Shown: positions 32,533 to 42,683 of the stretch, piece after piece
Position numbering within the stretch: position 1 is the stretch's first letter
How the letters are laid out: the number at the start of each line of letters is the position of its first letter
NCBI GenBank assembly: GCA_000004985.1
Contig: GG738859.1
Direction: 5' to 3' (one strand)
Origin: Naegleria gruberi
Lineage: Eukaryota
Length of the DNA stretch: 64,000 nt
The notes under the pieces: model-generated
Database searches by the model: none
Told to the model about the DNA's origin: nothing
Seen by the model: only the letters and a program-made list of their open reading frames with translations
Position numbers and translations under genes: made by a program

Positions 32533-35136
32533 TTATTCTGTACAATTTTCCTTAGCCTCAGTTTCTAAGATATCTAAAATCTCAGCATAAAACTCATCAT
32601 CGAATTCGTCCTCAATTTTATCCTCTTCAATTTCCTCGGCACTTTCTATAGTATCATCTTGTGGCACAGGGAAGAGAGCGTCGTCTGTCATAGTTAATCC
32701 CATAGTGAGATAGCTTACGAGTGAAGATACTACAGATTGGCTCATATCTTGTTTGATTGATAGAGCTCTGGACAATGCAATATCGTCGGCCTCAGTATCA
32801 CAAGTCTCAATATCGTCAGAACTAGAAAGAGAATTTTTGGTGAATTTAGGGTATCTGTGCATTTCGTTAATATTCAAATAACTTGGAATATTCAACCTTG
32901 TCTTGTGTAGCATACTCAATAAATAGGGTAAAACATCTGCAAGAGTCTCTTTCAAATTGAATAAATGTGAAAAAGTGGAAACATCTTCAAAAGGTAAAAA
33001 ACCTAGATAAGCCTTTTTCACCATTGACTCGTCACTATCCTGATTTTTTACAAGTAATAATAGCTGTTTAAGCTTTTCTTCTCGCTCTTTAAATACTGAC
33101 TTGACTAACTTGGGTGCCAAAACTGACTTTAAACCCTTAGCATCAGGTATGTGACCTTGGTGATAGTAAAGAACTGCTCTACTTGTTGTCAAAAACTGAT
33201 ACTCATTGAAAGTGGTAGTTTGTTGTGTATCCTCATAGGTGTTACTCATTTTTCTTCCAAATGAACTATCTGATAAGGAGAAGGCATCTAGTGATTTGCT
33301 CAATGCTGTAATATCTTTACAAAAATATGGAGAGTTGGATTGAACATAATTTGTTAAAGTTTGCTCTGGAATATTTTTCTCGGATTTGTAAACATTGAGT
33401 ACATCCTTTTCCAAATTAAATTCCAAAATTCCAGTGTTTTTATCTCTTTTTCCATACAGTACTCTAGCTGCTGCGTGATGAATGGTTGTACCAATATCCA
33501 TATGAATATTGAAAGTTTTAGATTGTTGTTCCTTAGCTTTCTTATTCTTAGATTTTTTTTTGATTGAATCAGCTATCTTCTTTGCTTGTTTTTCAACTTT
33601 CTTTAACTTGTCTGATTTTACAGGAGATGAAAATAAATCCATCTTTCCATTTTTCACTCCCAACACGAAATATTCCAATTGATTGATGGCATGTCTCAAA
33701 TCTCCATTTGATCCTGAAACAATGATATTAAAGTCTTCTTCACTAACTTTGCTGAAGCACTTCTCCTTTCTTGATATGTTTTTCAAGATGGGAGTAATAA
33801 TCGTCTTTGGTGGCTTTGTAATCTTGACTACAGTACAACTTTCTCTAAACTCTTTTGGATAATTTACAAGGAGATCATAATCGGATGAAGAGGAATTTGT
33901 GTGGTCGTGCAACACAATAAATTTAACCAATCTCTTCCTCTTGTTAATTTCCAAATTTTGTAATAATGAAAGTCCATAGTGTAAAGCTTGAAACAGTTTC
34001 TCTTTTTGTTGCTTGGTATGTACAGGTGGAAGCTCTTCGATCACTATAATATCTACATTATATCCTCCAAGAGAGGTAGATGTTTTCTTTACATCTGAAT
34101 TTGTGTGCGATTGAACATATGAAATATCTAAATCGTTACTATTACTCGATAAATTGAGACTCTTTTTAACAATGGTTGTTCTTAAGAAATCTCTAAAACT
34201 GGAAATAACAGAGTTTGGATTTGGACCCTTGTTAAGGTCTTCAATCCAATTCTTTGTTTCGCCCATTTGATTGTCCTCAACTTGTTGTTCATCCTTGTTG
34301 ATCTTGTTTGGGTGATAGATATGTACTCTTCCAAATCCAAAATGTTTCTTAATCATCAAATAAACCATTGTTCTTTTGCCAGATCCTCCTGGCCCAATGA
34401 CAATACATGGCTTATTCTTGAAAGAAATATCCTTGGGATAACTACAAATCCAATCCTCAAAATCCGAAACAACATTAGGCTTTATCCATATCTCTGAAAT
34501 ATCTGTAGGAACATGCTTTTCACACCAACTCATTCCAGTGGGTGTCACTCGATTTTTAACTGCTTTTTTAGTTTCCATCACACTATCTTCATCATCTTCA
34601 TCAGAAATAACAATGGTATGTTTTTTCTTTTTTGGTGGGGTATATTCTTCAGGTTCTTCTTCCTCACTTTCGTCATCTATTACTTTAGAAAATTTTGAAG
34701 GTGATTTCTTTTTCCACTGTCTCGATGGTTTTTCTTCATCATCACAGCAAGATACACTGGGAGATGTTTTCTCTAATTTTTTCCTTGTAGAGGAATTAGA
34801 AGATGAATTTGATGACAATTGTGAAGGGGAAGAGGCATATTGGCTATTCGATGAATCTACATCCGATTGACTACACACAAGATTAAGTGATTTTTTCCCA
34901 GAATTTGATGATTGTTTTCTTTTCCGCGAAGTTGTTGTTTTATGATCCGATTCTTCTACATCCAAACTCGATGGATCACTCCTTCTTCGTGATGAAGACG
35001 ATGATGAGGCCTTCTTTTTCCAGGCTCCTTTTGAACTCATTTTTTTGATAATTTGCTTTCCAGAATCTAGAAGAAATGGAATTTGGCGCCAAAAAACACC
35101 AACAACAATTTTTGTTCTCGAAAATATTAAGAACAT
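32533..35136 (-). CDS. RAD17: Checkpoint clamp-loader RAD17/Rad24 homolog (AAA+), with Ser-rich N-terminal extension
   Basis: WCEKHVPTDISEIWI (WxxK[YH]xP motif); Walker A CIVIGPGGSGKRT; DIIVIEELP (Walker B/DExx-like); sensor region SGSNGDLRHAINQLEY matching RAD17 GDIRSAINSLQF. Confidence 0.65.
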   Translation of the reverse strand: MFLIFSRTKIVVGVFWRQIPFLLDSGKQIIKKMSSKGAWKKKASSSSSSRRRSDPSSLDVEESDHKTTTSRKRKQSSNSGKKSLNLVCSQSDVDSSNSQYASSPSQLSSNSSSNSSTRKKLEKTSPSVSCCDDEEKPSRQWKKKSPSKFSKVIDDESEEEEPEEYTPPKKKKHTIVISDEDDEDSVMETKKAVKNRVTPTGMSWCEKHVPTDISEIWIKPNVVSDFEDWICSYPKDISFKNKPCIVIGPGGSGKRTMVYLMIKKHFGFGRVHIYHPNKINKDEQQVEDNQMGETKNWIEDLNKGPNPNSVISSFRDFLRTTIVKKSLNLSSNSNDLDISYVQSHTNSDVKKTSTSLGGYNVDIIVIEELPPVHTKQQKEKLFQALHYGLSLLQNLEINKRKRLVKFIVLHDHTNSSSSDYDLLVNYPKEFRESCTVVKITKPPKTIITPILKNISRKEKCFSKVSEEDFNIIVSGSNGDLRHAINQLEYFVLGVKNGKMDLFSSPVKSDKLKKVEKQAKKIADSIKKKSKNKKAKEQQSKTFNIHMDIGTTIHHAAARVLYGKRDKNTGILEFNLEKDVLNVYKSEKNIPEQTLTNYVQSNSPYFCKDITALSKSLDAFSLSDSSFGRKMSNTYEDTQQTTTFNEYQFLTTSRAVLYYHQGHIPDAKGLKSVLAPKLVKSVFKEREEKLKQLLLLVKNQDSDESMVKKAYLGFLPFEDVSTFSHLFNLKETLADVLPYLLSMLHKTRLNIPSYLNINEMHRYPKFTKNSLSSSDDIETCDTEADDIALSRALSIKQDMSQSVVSSLVSYLTMGLTMTDDALFPVPQDDTIESAEEIEEDKIEDEFDDEFYAEILDILETEAKENCTE

Positions 35137-35355
35137 TTTAGTTTGTCCAATACCTTAACCGAAACGAAAAACTAGAATTTTATTTTCATCTCCTCACTTG
35201 GCTTTAGAAGTGAACTTGGAAAACCTTCTCTCCCTCAATAGCAATTAATTGAATTTATAGATGGTCCATCACAGCATATCGTTCATCATAAAAAATATTA
35301 AAAAAAATTGTATTACTACAAGGTGGAGCCTTACTCAATAACAACAAAAAGGAAA

Positions 35356-35895
35356 ATGAACATTAATTACGCTGCTAACGAAGCCCTCAGACCATTGTTC
35401 AATGCTGTCGATTTGGACAAGTCAGGAAAGATTACTCACAACGAATTACAAAAGGTTTTGACCATGCCTGGAAGCGAACTTCAAGGTGGTTCTTTCAGCG
35501 AAAGATGTGCTAAGAGACTGGTTAAAATGTTTGATAGAAACGGAAATGGTTCTGTCGATTTTGAAGAATACTCGGCACTCCATCAATATCTTATTCAAAT
35601 GAAGGCTGGCTTTGAAAGTGTTGATACAAACAAATCAGGAAAGGTTGAATTTAACGAAGTTACCATTACATTATCTCGTGTCGGATTCAATTTTTCACCA
35701 CAAATTGTTCAAAAGTTGTTCAAATTATTTGATTTCCAAAATAAGGGATCTTTGGATTTTGATGGTTATATTGAATTGTGTGCTTTCTTGGGTTTGATGA
35801 GAGCTCAATTTATTCCACGTGATGCTAACTACTCTGGACAAGCCATGTTCACTTGGGAACAATTCATTCAAGCCTGTATGGAAGCCTATATGTAA
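35356..35895 (+). CDS. PDCD6: Penta-EF-hand calcium-binding protein (ALG-2/PDCD6-like)
   Basis: Consecutive EF-hand loops (DLDKSGKITHNE, DRNGNGSVDFEE, DTNKSGKVEFNE, DFQNKGSLDFDG) and the PEF-type C-terminal pairing helix. Length matches ALG-2. Confidence 0.75.
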   Translation: MNINYAANEALRPLFNAVDLDKSGKITHNELQKVLTMPGSELQGGSFSERCAKRLVKMFDRNGNGSVDFEEYSALHQYLIQMKAGFESVDTNKSGKVEFNEVTITLSRVGFNFSPQIVQKLFKLFDFQNKGSLDFDGYIELCAFLGLMRAQFIPRDANYSGQAMFTWEQFIQACMEAYM

Positions 35896-35928
35896 ATTTG
35901 AATAACATAACTTTCATTTATTAGATAA

Positions 35929-37497
35929 TTATTCTGTGGCATTCTTTGCAGGAACTCTTTTAATGACTCTCTTGATAACCTTCTTTCCTGGTGTTGTGGT
36001 AGTTGAATTATTTGACGAATCTTGGATTGTTGATGAAGAGTTGGTGGAAGTAGGTTGTTGCTCTTGAGGTGGTGGAATTTTTGGCGTTGGAGAGCTGTCT
36101 CCATCAGAGTCATTGGAAGTAGGTCTGTATCTGTCTTCTTCAGAAAATTTTCTTTCCAAGAGTGGAGAAGATTGAATAGGAGAGGATTTTGCAATGATTG
36201 CCTCTCTGTGTCTTCTTCTACCACCATCGCTGTCTGTATTATCATCTCCAGATGGAATATAGTGACGACTGCCAAGTGAGTCATCATTATCTTCCAAATA
36301 TCTGCGTCTAGTATCATCAACTGGAGAATAGGAATTATCTGTTTGTGAAAGTCTGGCTCCTCTTCCAGAACTCGAATCAGATGAATCGTTATTGTCTTCT
36401 GTTTTTCTAAATGATTTGACTTGTTTCTTTTCAGTTGACTTTGTTCTCAAACTCTCTGTCACAACACTTGTCGATCCAGAAGCATACTGTTCCACATACT
36501 TTTCACACCACTTGAATTTAACAGGAGCCCTTGGAGATGTCACCTCATCCTTCATTTGTCTCGAAGAGTATGTAATGAGGAGTGAGTTAAAACTTGGTAT
36601 CGATTCCTTAATATCCACTCCATTATACATTAGTGATTTATCGAGTGCTGTATAAACTGACAATAATTGCAACTCACTCTCAAATTGCAAGTAATATTCC
36701 ACATTCATTCCTTGTAAATTTTCACTCAAAATTTGAAGAACAGATCTCTGTTTGCTATTATTATTATTCTGACTTGGATTCAAAACAATGGATATTTCTG
36801 TTTTTTCAATAGTCAAAGGACATAGATCAGTCATTTTCTTATCCTTGAAAATACATAATGCATATTCACCTCCATTTTGTCTATGATAGAGAATACACAT
36901 TGATAGTGGTACAATTGAGCATTTAGAATCTCTTTGAAGAATAATCTGTTCAACTTTTGGAAGGTAGAATCTCACTTGTTCCTTCTTTTTAGCAATAACA
37001 AATGCTTTGGAGAATTTTCGGAATTTGATAGATTGTTTCTCAATGTCCTCATAATTGATTTTTGGATTGTAGAGATCTTCCTCTTCTATTAAATTGTTGT
37101 CATTTACAATATTGTTAATGATGATGATGGTGAAGATTGTACAGTAGTGGATGATGGTAAAGAGGAGGAGCTGTTATTATTATTTGATGGTTGAGTGGTG
37201 GATGTATTATTTGTAGATGATGAATTGTTGGAAGCAGTGTTAGGAGAATTGGAAGTTGTTGGTATTGTTATTGATATTATTGGTTGATGAAACTACTGAA
37301 GGTGATGGATTGTTTGTTGGTTGCTCATCGCTTGGTGTTGTTGGTTGTTGTGTTTGAGCATTGTTGGCTTTGTTGACTGTCCTGATTGGTATCTTTCTGG
37401 TAATCACAACTTTGGACATTTTTTTGATGGGAAGATTGATGACAGTATTGACAATTAGAGCATTTCTTTTATTACACAGAAGTAAGGTTAGCTTCAC
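35929..37497 (-). CDS. Ser/Thr/Asn-rich protein of unknown function; 3' exon 35929..~37170 is confident; 5' structure unresolved (candidate first exon 37240..37497 begins MSKVVITRK...)
   Basis: ORF 35929..36975 stays open upstream to ~37170 with no in-frame ATG, so an upstream exon is required. A candidate is ORF 37240..37497. The only canonical in-frame join is a weak GTAGTT donor plus a ~126-nt intron. The 37100-37330 region is open in alternative frames encoding S/T/N runs. Confidence 0.3.
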
Positions 37498-37532
37498 TCA
37501 TTTCATCTTTGAGATTAATTCATAGATTAATT

Positions 37533-38096
37533 TTACGAATTATTATTGAATTTCTTTTGTAAATCATCCAATCTCTTACCAATATCTGAGTAAATTGAAT
37601 TTGGATTTCTGAATCCATAATCCTTCAAAAAGCAACCAAAGCCATAAACTGAGTAACTGTATGAATATCTATATCTGTACACTTTTGTTGCACCCAAAGG
37701 TTTATAAAACACATCAATGGCAGGTATCGAAACAATATTCCTCTCATAACAAACTTTTGGTGTAATCGAACAGTCAACCTCCACAAAATTGGCATCATCT
37801 TTATAATGTGGTGCAATTTCTCTAATCTTTTTTTTCAAATATTCACAAGTATACTTGTATGGAGCTGTAAAAGCAGCAGCAACTGGTTTTCCCTGATTAA
37901 TTATTTCATCAAAATGCTCCTCACTCTGAATGACTGTAACATTTCCTCTCGGAAGAGGATGATCCGTTGTTTTATAATATTTCCATAGCAAAAATTCTCT
38001 CCATTCCAATGGTTCATTCTGTTCTTGTTTTTTCTTTATGTTTTGAATTGTTGAATAACTCCAAAAAACATCCTTCTCACTTTCATTATTAGACAT
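37533..38096 (-). CDS. Thioredoxin-fold protein (single Cys, no CxxC), unknown function
   Basis: Central beta-alpha-beta thioredoxin-like pattern (GKPVAAAFTAPYKYTCEYL...FVEVDCSITPKVCYERNIVSIPAIDVFY). Family-level call only. Confidence 0.3.
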   Translation of the reverse strand: MSNNESEKDVFWSYSTIQNIKKKQEQNEPLEWREFLLWKYYKTTDHPLPRGNVTVIQSEEHFDEIINQGKPVAAAFTAPYKYTCEYLKKKIREIAPHYKDDANFVEVDCSITPKVCYERNIVSIPAIDVFYKPLGATKVYRYRYSYSYSVYGFGCFLKDYGFRNPNSIYSDIGKRLDDLQKKFNNNS

Positions 38097-38409
38097 TTTT
38101 TTAAAATTGGAAAAATCAAATAATTTGATATCGATATTTCTTTTTAATTGTTGTTATTATTATTAAATACTAATATTGGTTTACTTATTTTAATCAACTT
38201 GATTGTTGATATGGCTATCTTGAATTTGAGGTAACGCTTATTGGAATAGTGTGAAAAACCACAACATTGAATTGGATGGCATATTTTTTGAGTCAAGACG
38301 AGATTTAATGGCTTTGCACCCCTATCGTTTTATAATATAGTATAGTGTGTTTGATTTTAATCTTCCCGCCAAAATACAGTACTGAATTTGAAAAACAACT
38401 ACAAAAATA

Positions 38410-39786
38410 ATGGCTGAACATGATAGCAGTTTGATGGAGGATAGCTCAATGTTGGATCCCGAGAGCACTTCCAATATTAATGATTATTCAAATATGAGAT
38501 CATCTTTTGAGGAGGGATCCTATGCTGAGGAAGATCCTCTTGCACAAGATGGAAGAGTTATGGAAGAGGAAGATGACGAATTAACTGATGACGATGATTC
38601 TGAAGAAAGACATGAAGGAGAATTTACATCAGAGACACAAGGAAATAGTACACTGAATATATCTACAGAATTTGAAACAATTGATGAGGATGCTCACTAT
38701 GTTGATGAGGAAGATTCGGAGGATGATGAGGACTTGGACGACCCTCGAGCAAGAGAGGCCAGATTACTGTACCTTAAAAAACAAAAGTACATTGAAAAGT
38801 ATGCAGATGAATTGAAAAAAAGAGAGACAATCTATTCAAAACACAGAAAAGCTCAAAAAAGATTGGCTGAAATATTTAGAGTAACAAAAGGAGCAGAAAG
38901 GTTTGCTAACACTGCTCCTTCTTCGGAAGTCGAAGAAAGATATGCAAAGTATGTGGCAGAACATAAGGAATTAAGAGATGAAATGGAAGAATTGAGGCGA
39001 AAAAATGCTGTTCAGCTGAATGAGATGAGAATAAGATTGGAGGAAAGAGAAACCAATGCATCTGAATTACAAAACTCTTTTAGAGAATTCAAAAGAAGCA
39101 TGGCTCTTAGTGCTGTAGATAGTAGAACTGGTAAGAAAATTCCATCAAACTCAATAGAACAGTACATAGACAGAGACAGACAAAAGGATGACATGATAAG
39201 AGAAATCAGAACAACCTTTATTGAACTGAAAAATACAAAAGACTCTTTAGAAAAGCTCATAAAGAGTAGAGAAGAATTCTCAGAAGGTCTTCACTTGATG
39301 GACTATGAACAACTGAAAATGGAAAACTCAACCCTAATGGAAAAGTTGAGAGAAAAGAGAGACAACCTTAAGAAATCAAGAGAAAAACAAACTACAACTG
39401 TCCACATTTTAACTCACGTTAAAGAAAAATTACAATATGTACAGACTGAAAATTCAGAATTGCAAAAGAAGTTGGACAAACTAAACATCAACCTTACCGA
39501 GTATAAAGACATGCTTACTAGAATCAAAAAGGAGCGAGACATGTTAAAAAAACAAAACATGGAAATGAGAGAAAAGGAGCCTCTAGTTGGAACTGACTCT
39601 TTACTCCTTGACTATCAAAGTAGAAAGGACGAACTAGATATGTTAAAAGATCAAGTTATGGAGCTGAAGAATACCTATAACAGACTGATACTGAAAACAA
39701 AGAGTTACAACAAACAAACAGAAGCATTTGAAAAGAGAAATGCTCCAAAAGTCACAACCTATACTCTTCCAGATATTCACAAATAA
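38410..39786 (+). CDS. Coiled-coil protein with acidic N-terminus (possibly CCDC96/CCDC113-like, cilium/centrosome-associated; speculative)
   Basis: Acidic D/E-rich head followed by ~300 aa of heptad-rich K/E/R/L sequence. No enzymatic motifs. Confidence 0.4.
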   Translation: MAEHDSSLMEDSSMLDPESTSNINDYSNMRSSFEEGSYAEEDPLAQDGRVMEEEDDELTDDDDSEERHEGEFTSETQGNSTLNISTEFETIDEDAHYVDEEDSEDDEDLDDPRAREARLLYLKKQKYIEKYADELKKRETIYSKHRKAQKRLAEIFRVTKGAERFANTAPSSEVEERYAKYVAEHKELRDEMEELRRKNAVQLNEMRIRLEERETNASELQNSFREFKRSMALSAVDSRTGKKIPSNSIEQYIDRDRQKDDMIREIRTTFIELKNTKDSLEKLIKSREEFSEGLHLMDYEQLKMENSTLMEKLREKRDNLKKSREKQTTTVHILTHVKEKLQYVQTENSELQKKLDKLNINLTEYKDMLTRIKKERDMLKKQNMEMREKEPLVGTDSLLLDYQSRKDELDMLKDQVMELKNTYNRLILKTKSYNKQTEAFEKRNAPKVTTYTLPDIHK

Positions 39787-39927
39787 TAAATTTATAAATA
39801 ATTCTCATCATTTCTTGTCACGTTGCAAATATATTTGCTCTCAGGCGATTCTCAACCATGTTACTGTACCAACCATTTTGTTATTCGGAGAGTGGATCGA
39901 TATTTTATGCTTTTCCAAGACAAAAAA

Positions 39928-42683
39928 ATGAGTGTAAGCGCAGAGTGGGTCCAACTCGGAAAGGGTAAGAAGGGAGTACCAGTGTACTACCGAAAGAAAG
40001 AAATATACACTATGGAATGGGGAGATGATAATATTAATCTCTCCGAATGTCTGATCGCTGCTGCAAATTTTGGTGGACCTATTGGTAGGTGTAAAATTTT
40101 TATTATTTAATATTTAACGATTTTTTCAAAATATTACCATCGTCATCATAATTAAAAAACTCTCTGCAGCTCTCACAAGGGATCCTAAAAAGTTATTAAG
40201 ATTTAGAGGAACTGATTCAAAACAATATGTACATGTATTTTCAAGTTCAGGAAAAAGAATTTCAAAATTTGAGGTAGGTTATTTAGTTTGAGTTTTTTGA
40301 GATCAATTTTATAAGTGGAATACACAATTAAACAAATCACTCCTTTATATGGGATGGACACAAGAGGAATCCTTGATTTGTGTAACAGAGTAAGTGGCTC
40401 CTGAACTTATGAAATTTAAACCTGTATAAATAGTGAGGCTCACGTATTCATTTTCGATATTTTTGGAAAACAATTACAACAATTCCCATTCCCAGAGGAA
40501 GTTAAAAGTGCTGGAATTTTAAAAGTTAAACATTGGGAAACTGGTATTGCTATTCTTACAAGAGATTTTAATGTTTGGGTAATTTCGGATTTGGAATTTA
40601 TTGATTGTCAACAATTAGCTTCTCTAGGTAGGTAAAACATTTCAAATTTGTATGTGATAGATTTTTAATAGATGTTCCACTTGAATTCAATGATGAAAAG
40701 GAAATTGGAATGTGTATCTTACAACCAAATATTGCAACAAGTGGAGATTTGGAAGTAATTATCAGTGTACCTCAAGCAAGAACTGTTTATGTTGTAACTT
40801 CTGAGGAATGTAATAATTTAGGACTCGATAATGGTCCATTTCCTAAAATTTGTGCCTCTCCTTCCGGAGAAGCTTTAGCCACCTTTAATGAATCTGGATC
40901 ATTGTGGGTTGTTAAATCCGATTTTACTGAAAACCATGCAGAATTTGATACAAGATCATCAAGTACACCATCACAAGTAGCTTGGTGCGGTGAGGATAGT
41001 GTTTGTTTATATTGGGAACCTGAACAAGTTAATAATAGAGAAGGAAATGTATCTTTACTTTTAATGATTGGACCAAATGGTGACTATAGCACATTCACCT
41101 ATGATAGTCCAATTCACCTTGTGACAGAAATTGATGGTGTCAGAGTTATTACCAATGATTCCTGTGAATTTTTGCAAAGAGTACCAGAAGCAAACTTTGA
41201 TATTTTCAAAATTGGTTCTCTTACTCCATCAGCCATGCTCTATGATGCCTACATTGAATTTGAAAAGAAGAATGCCTCATCAATCAATAATATTAGATCT
41301 ATTAAGAATTCGCTAAGAGGAGCCGTTAATGCTTGTCTTGAGGCTGCTGCAAATGAATTTGATACATCCCTTCAAAAATCCCTTTTACGTGCTGCTTCAT
41401 ATGGTAAATCCTTTTGTGATGAATTTGAACATTCCGAGTTTGTTAATACTTGTAAAATTCTTAGAGTTATGAATGCTGTCAGAGATTCGAATATTGGTAT
41501 TCCAATCACTTTGGATCAATACAAGAGATTAACACCAAAAGTTTTAATAGATAGACTTGTGAATAGAATGCAACATTTGGTAGCCTATAGAATTTGTACC
41601 TACCTCAAGATCAAACCAAACAATGTACTTGTTCACTGGGCTTGTTCCAAAGTACTGTCTAATGAAGATGATCATGTAATATTGGATTCCATTGATAAGA
41701 AGCTTTCTGAATGTGAAGGTGTTCCATTTTCTACTGTAGCTTCAACTGCCTACAGTGTAGGTAAGAAGAACTTAGCTATTCAACTCTTGGAAAGAGAAGA
41801 AAGAGCTAGCGAACAAGTTCCACTCCTTTTAAATATGAATGAAACTAAGAATGCTCTCAGAAAAGCCATTATCAGTGGTGAAACTGATCTTGTCTATTTG
41901 GTACTTCTTCACATGAAGAAAAACATGGAAGTATCAAGCTTCTTCTCTGTAATTAATGAAAAGGGATTCAGAGTTGCTAGAAATCTTCTAGTAACATATT
42001 GTAAGGAGAGAGATATTGATTTCCTTAAAATTTTCTTCCATGCTTTGGATAAACAAGAGGAAGCAGCTGCTATGAATGTATTTGAATCATTCTCATTTGA
42101 AGGGGAACCAGCAGCTCACAAGAAGCTCCTACTCCAAGCTAAAGAACTCTATAATAAGAAGAAGGATTACCAATTGGACAGTAAACTTTGTGAAGAACAA
42201 GTTAAATTGCTCCAAATGCAAAGAGAGTTTGATAACGCATTGGGAAGACAATTATTTACAGGACTTTCTGTTAGTGAAACTATCTATCAATGTCTCCTTA
42301 ATGGTAACAAACAAGCAAAGAAAGTCAAGAAGGAATTCCAAGTTTCTGATAAAAAGTTTTGGTGGTTAAAGATTGCTGCCTTCTCCAAGTTGGGCAAGTG
42401 GAATAAGATGGAAAAATTCTCCAAGAAAAAGTCACCAATAGGATACAGACCTTTTGTTGAGGCATGCTTACAACAAAAGAATACAGTAGAAGCCCACAAG
42501 TACATTCCAAAAGTAACAGATCCATGGGAAAAGATTGAACTTTATGTAGAATTATTGTCTTTCAAGGAAGCCATCGAAACTGCTTTCGCACACAAGAATA
42601 CTGACATGCTTAGATGGATTAGAACCAAGACAAACCACTCTCAAACCAAGTTAACAATTGATGATTTACTTTCTAAACTCTAA
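39928..42683 (+). CDS. VPS16: Vacuolar protein sorting 16 (HOPS/CORVET core subunit), 846 aa; join(39928..40084,40170..40273,40316..40389,40434..40627,40672..42683); introns 85, 42, 44 and 44 nt
   Basis: N-terminal exons reproduce human VPS16 (MSVSAEW..YYRKKEIYTMEW..CLIAAANFGGPIA; LTRDPKK..; WNTQLNKSLLYMGWTQEESLICVTE; GIAILTRDFNVWV). Exon 5 has the Vps16_C region (LAIQLLEREERASEQVPLLLNMNETKNALRKAIISGETDLVYLVLLHMK; KKFWWLKIAAFSKLGKWNKMEKFSKKKSPIGYRPFVEACL). All junctions are GTAGGT/GTAAGT...AG, phases verified. Confidence 0.85.

Noticed and set aside
37101-37330. S/T/N-rich low-complexity stretch considered as a non-coding microsatellite
   Set aside because: It is open in frames continuous with flanking coding sequence and encodes Ser/Thr/Asn runs like those in the same gene's C-terminus. 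It is more likely coding low-complexity sequence with an unresolved frame or intron problem.
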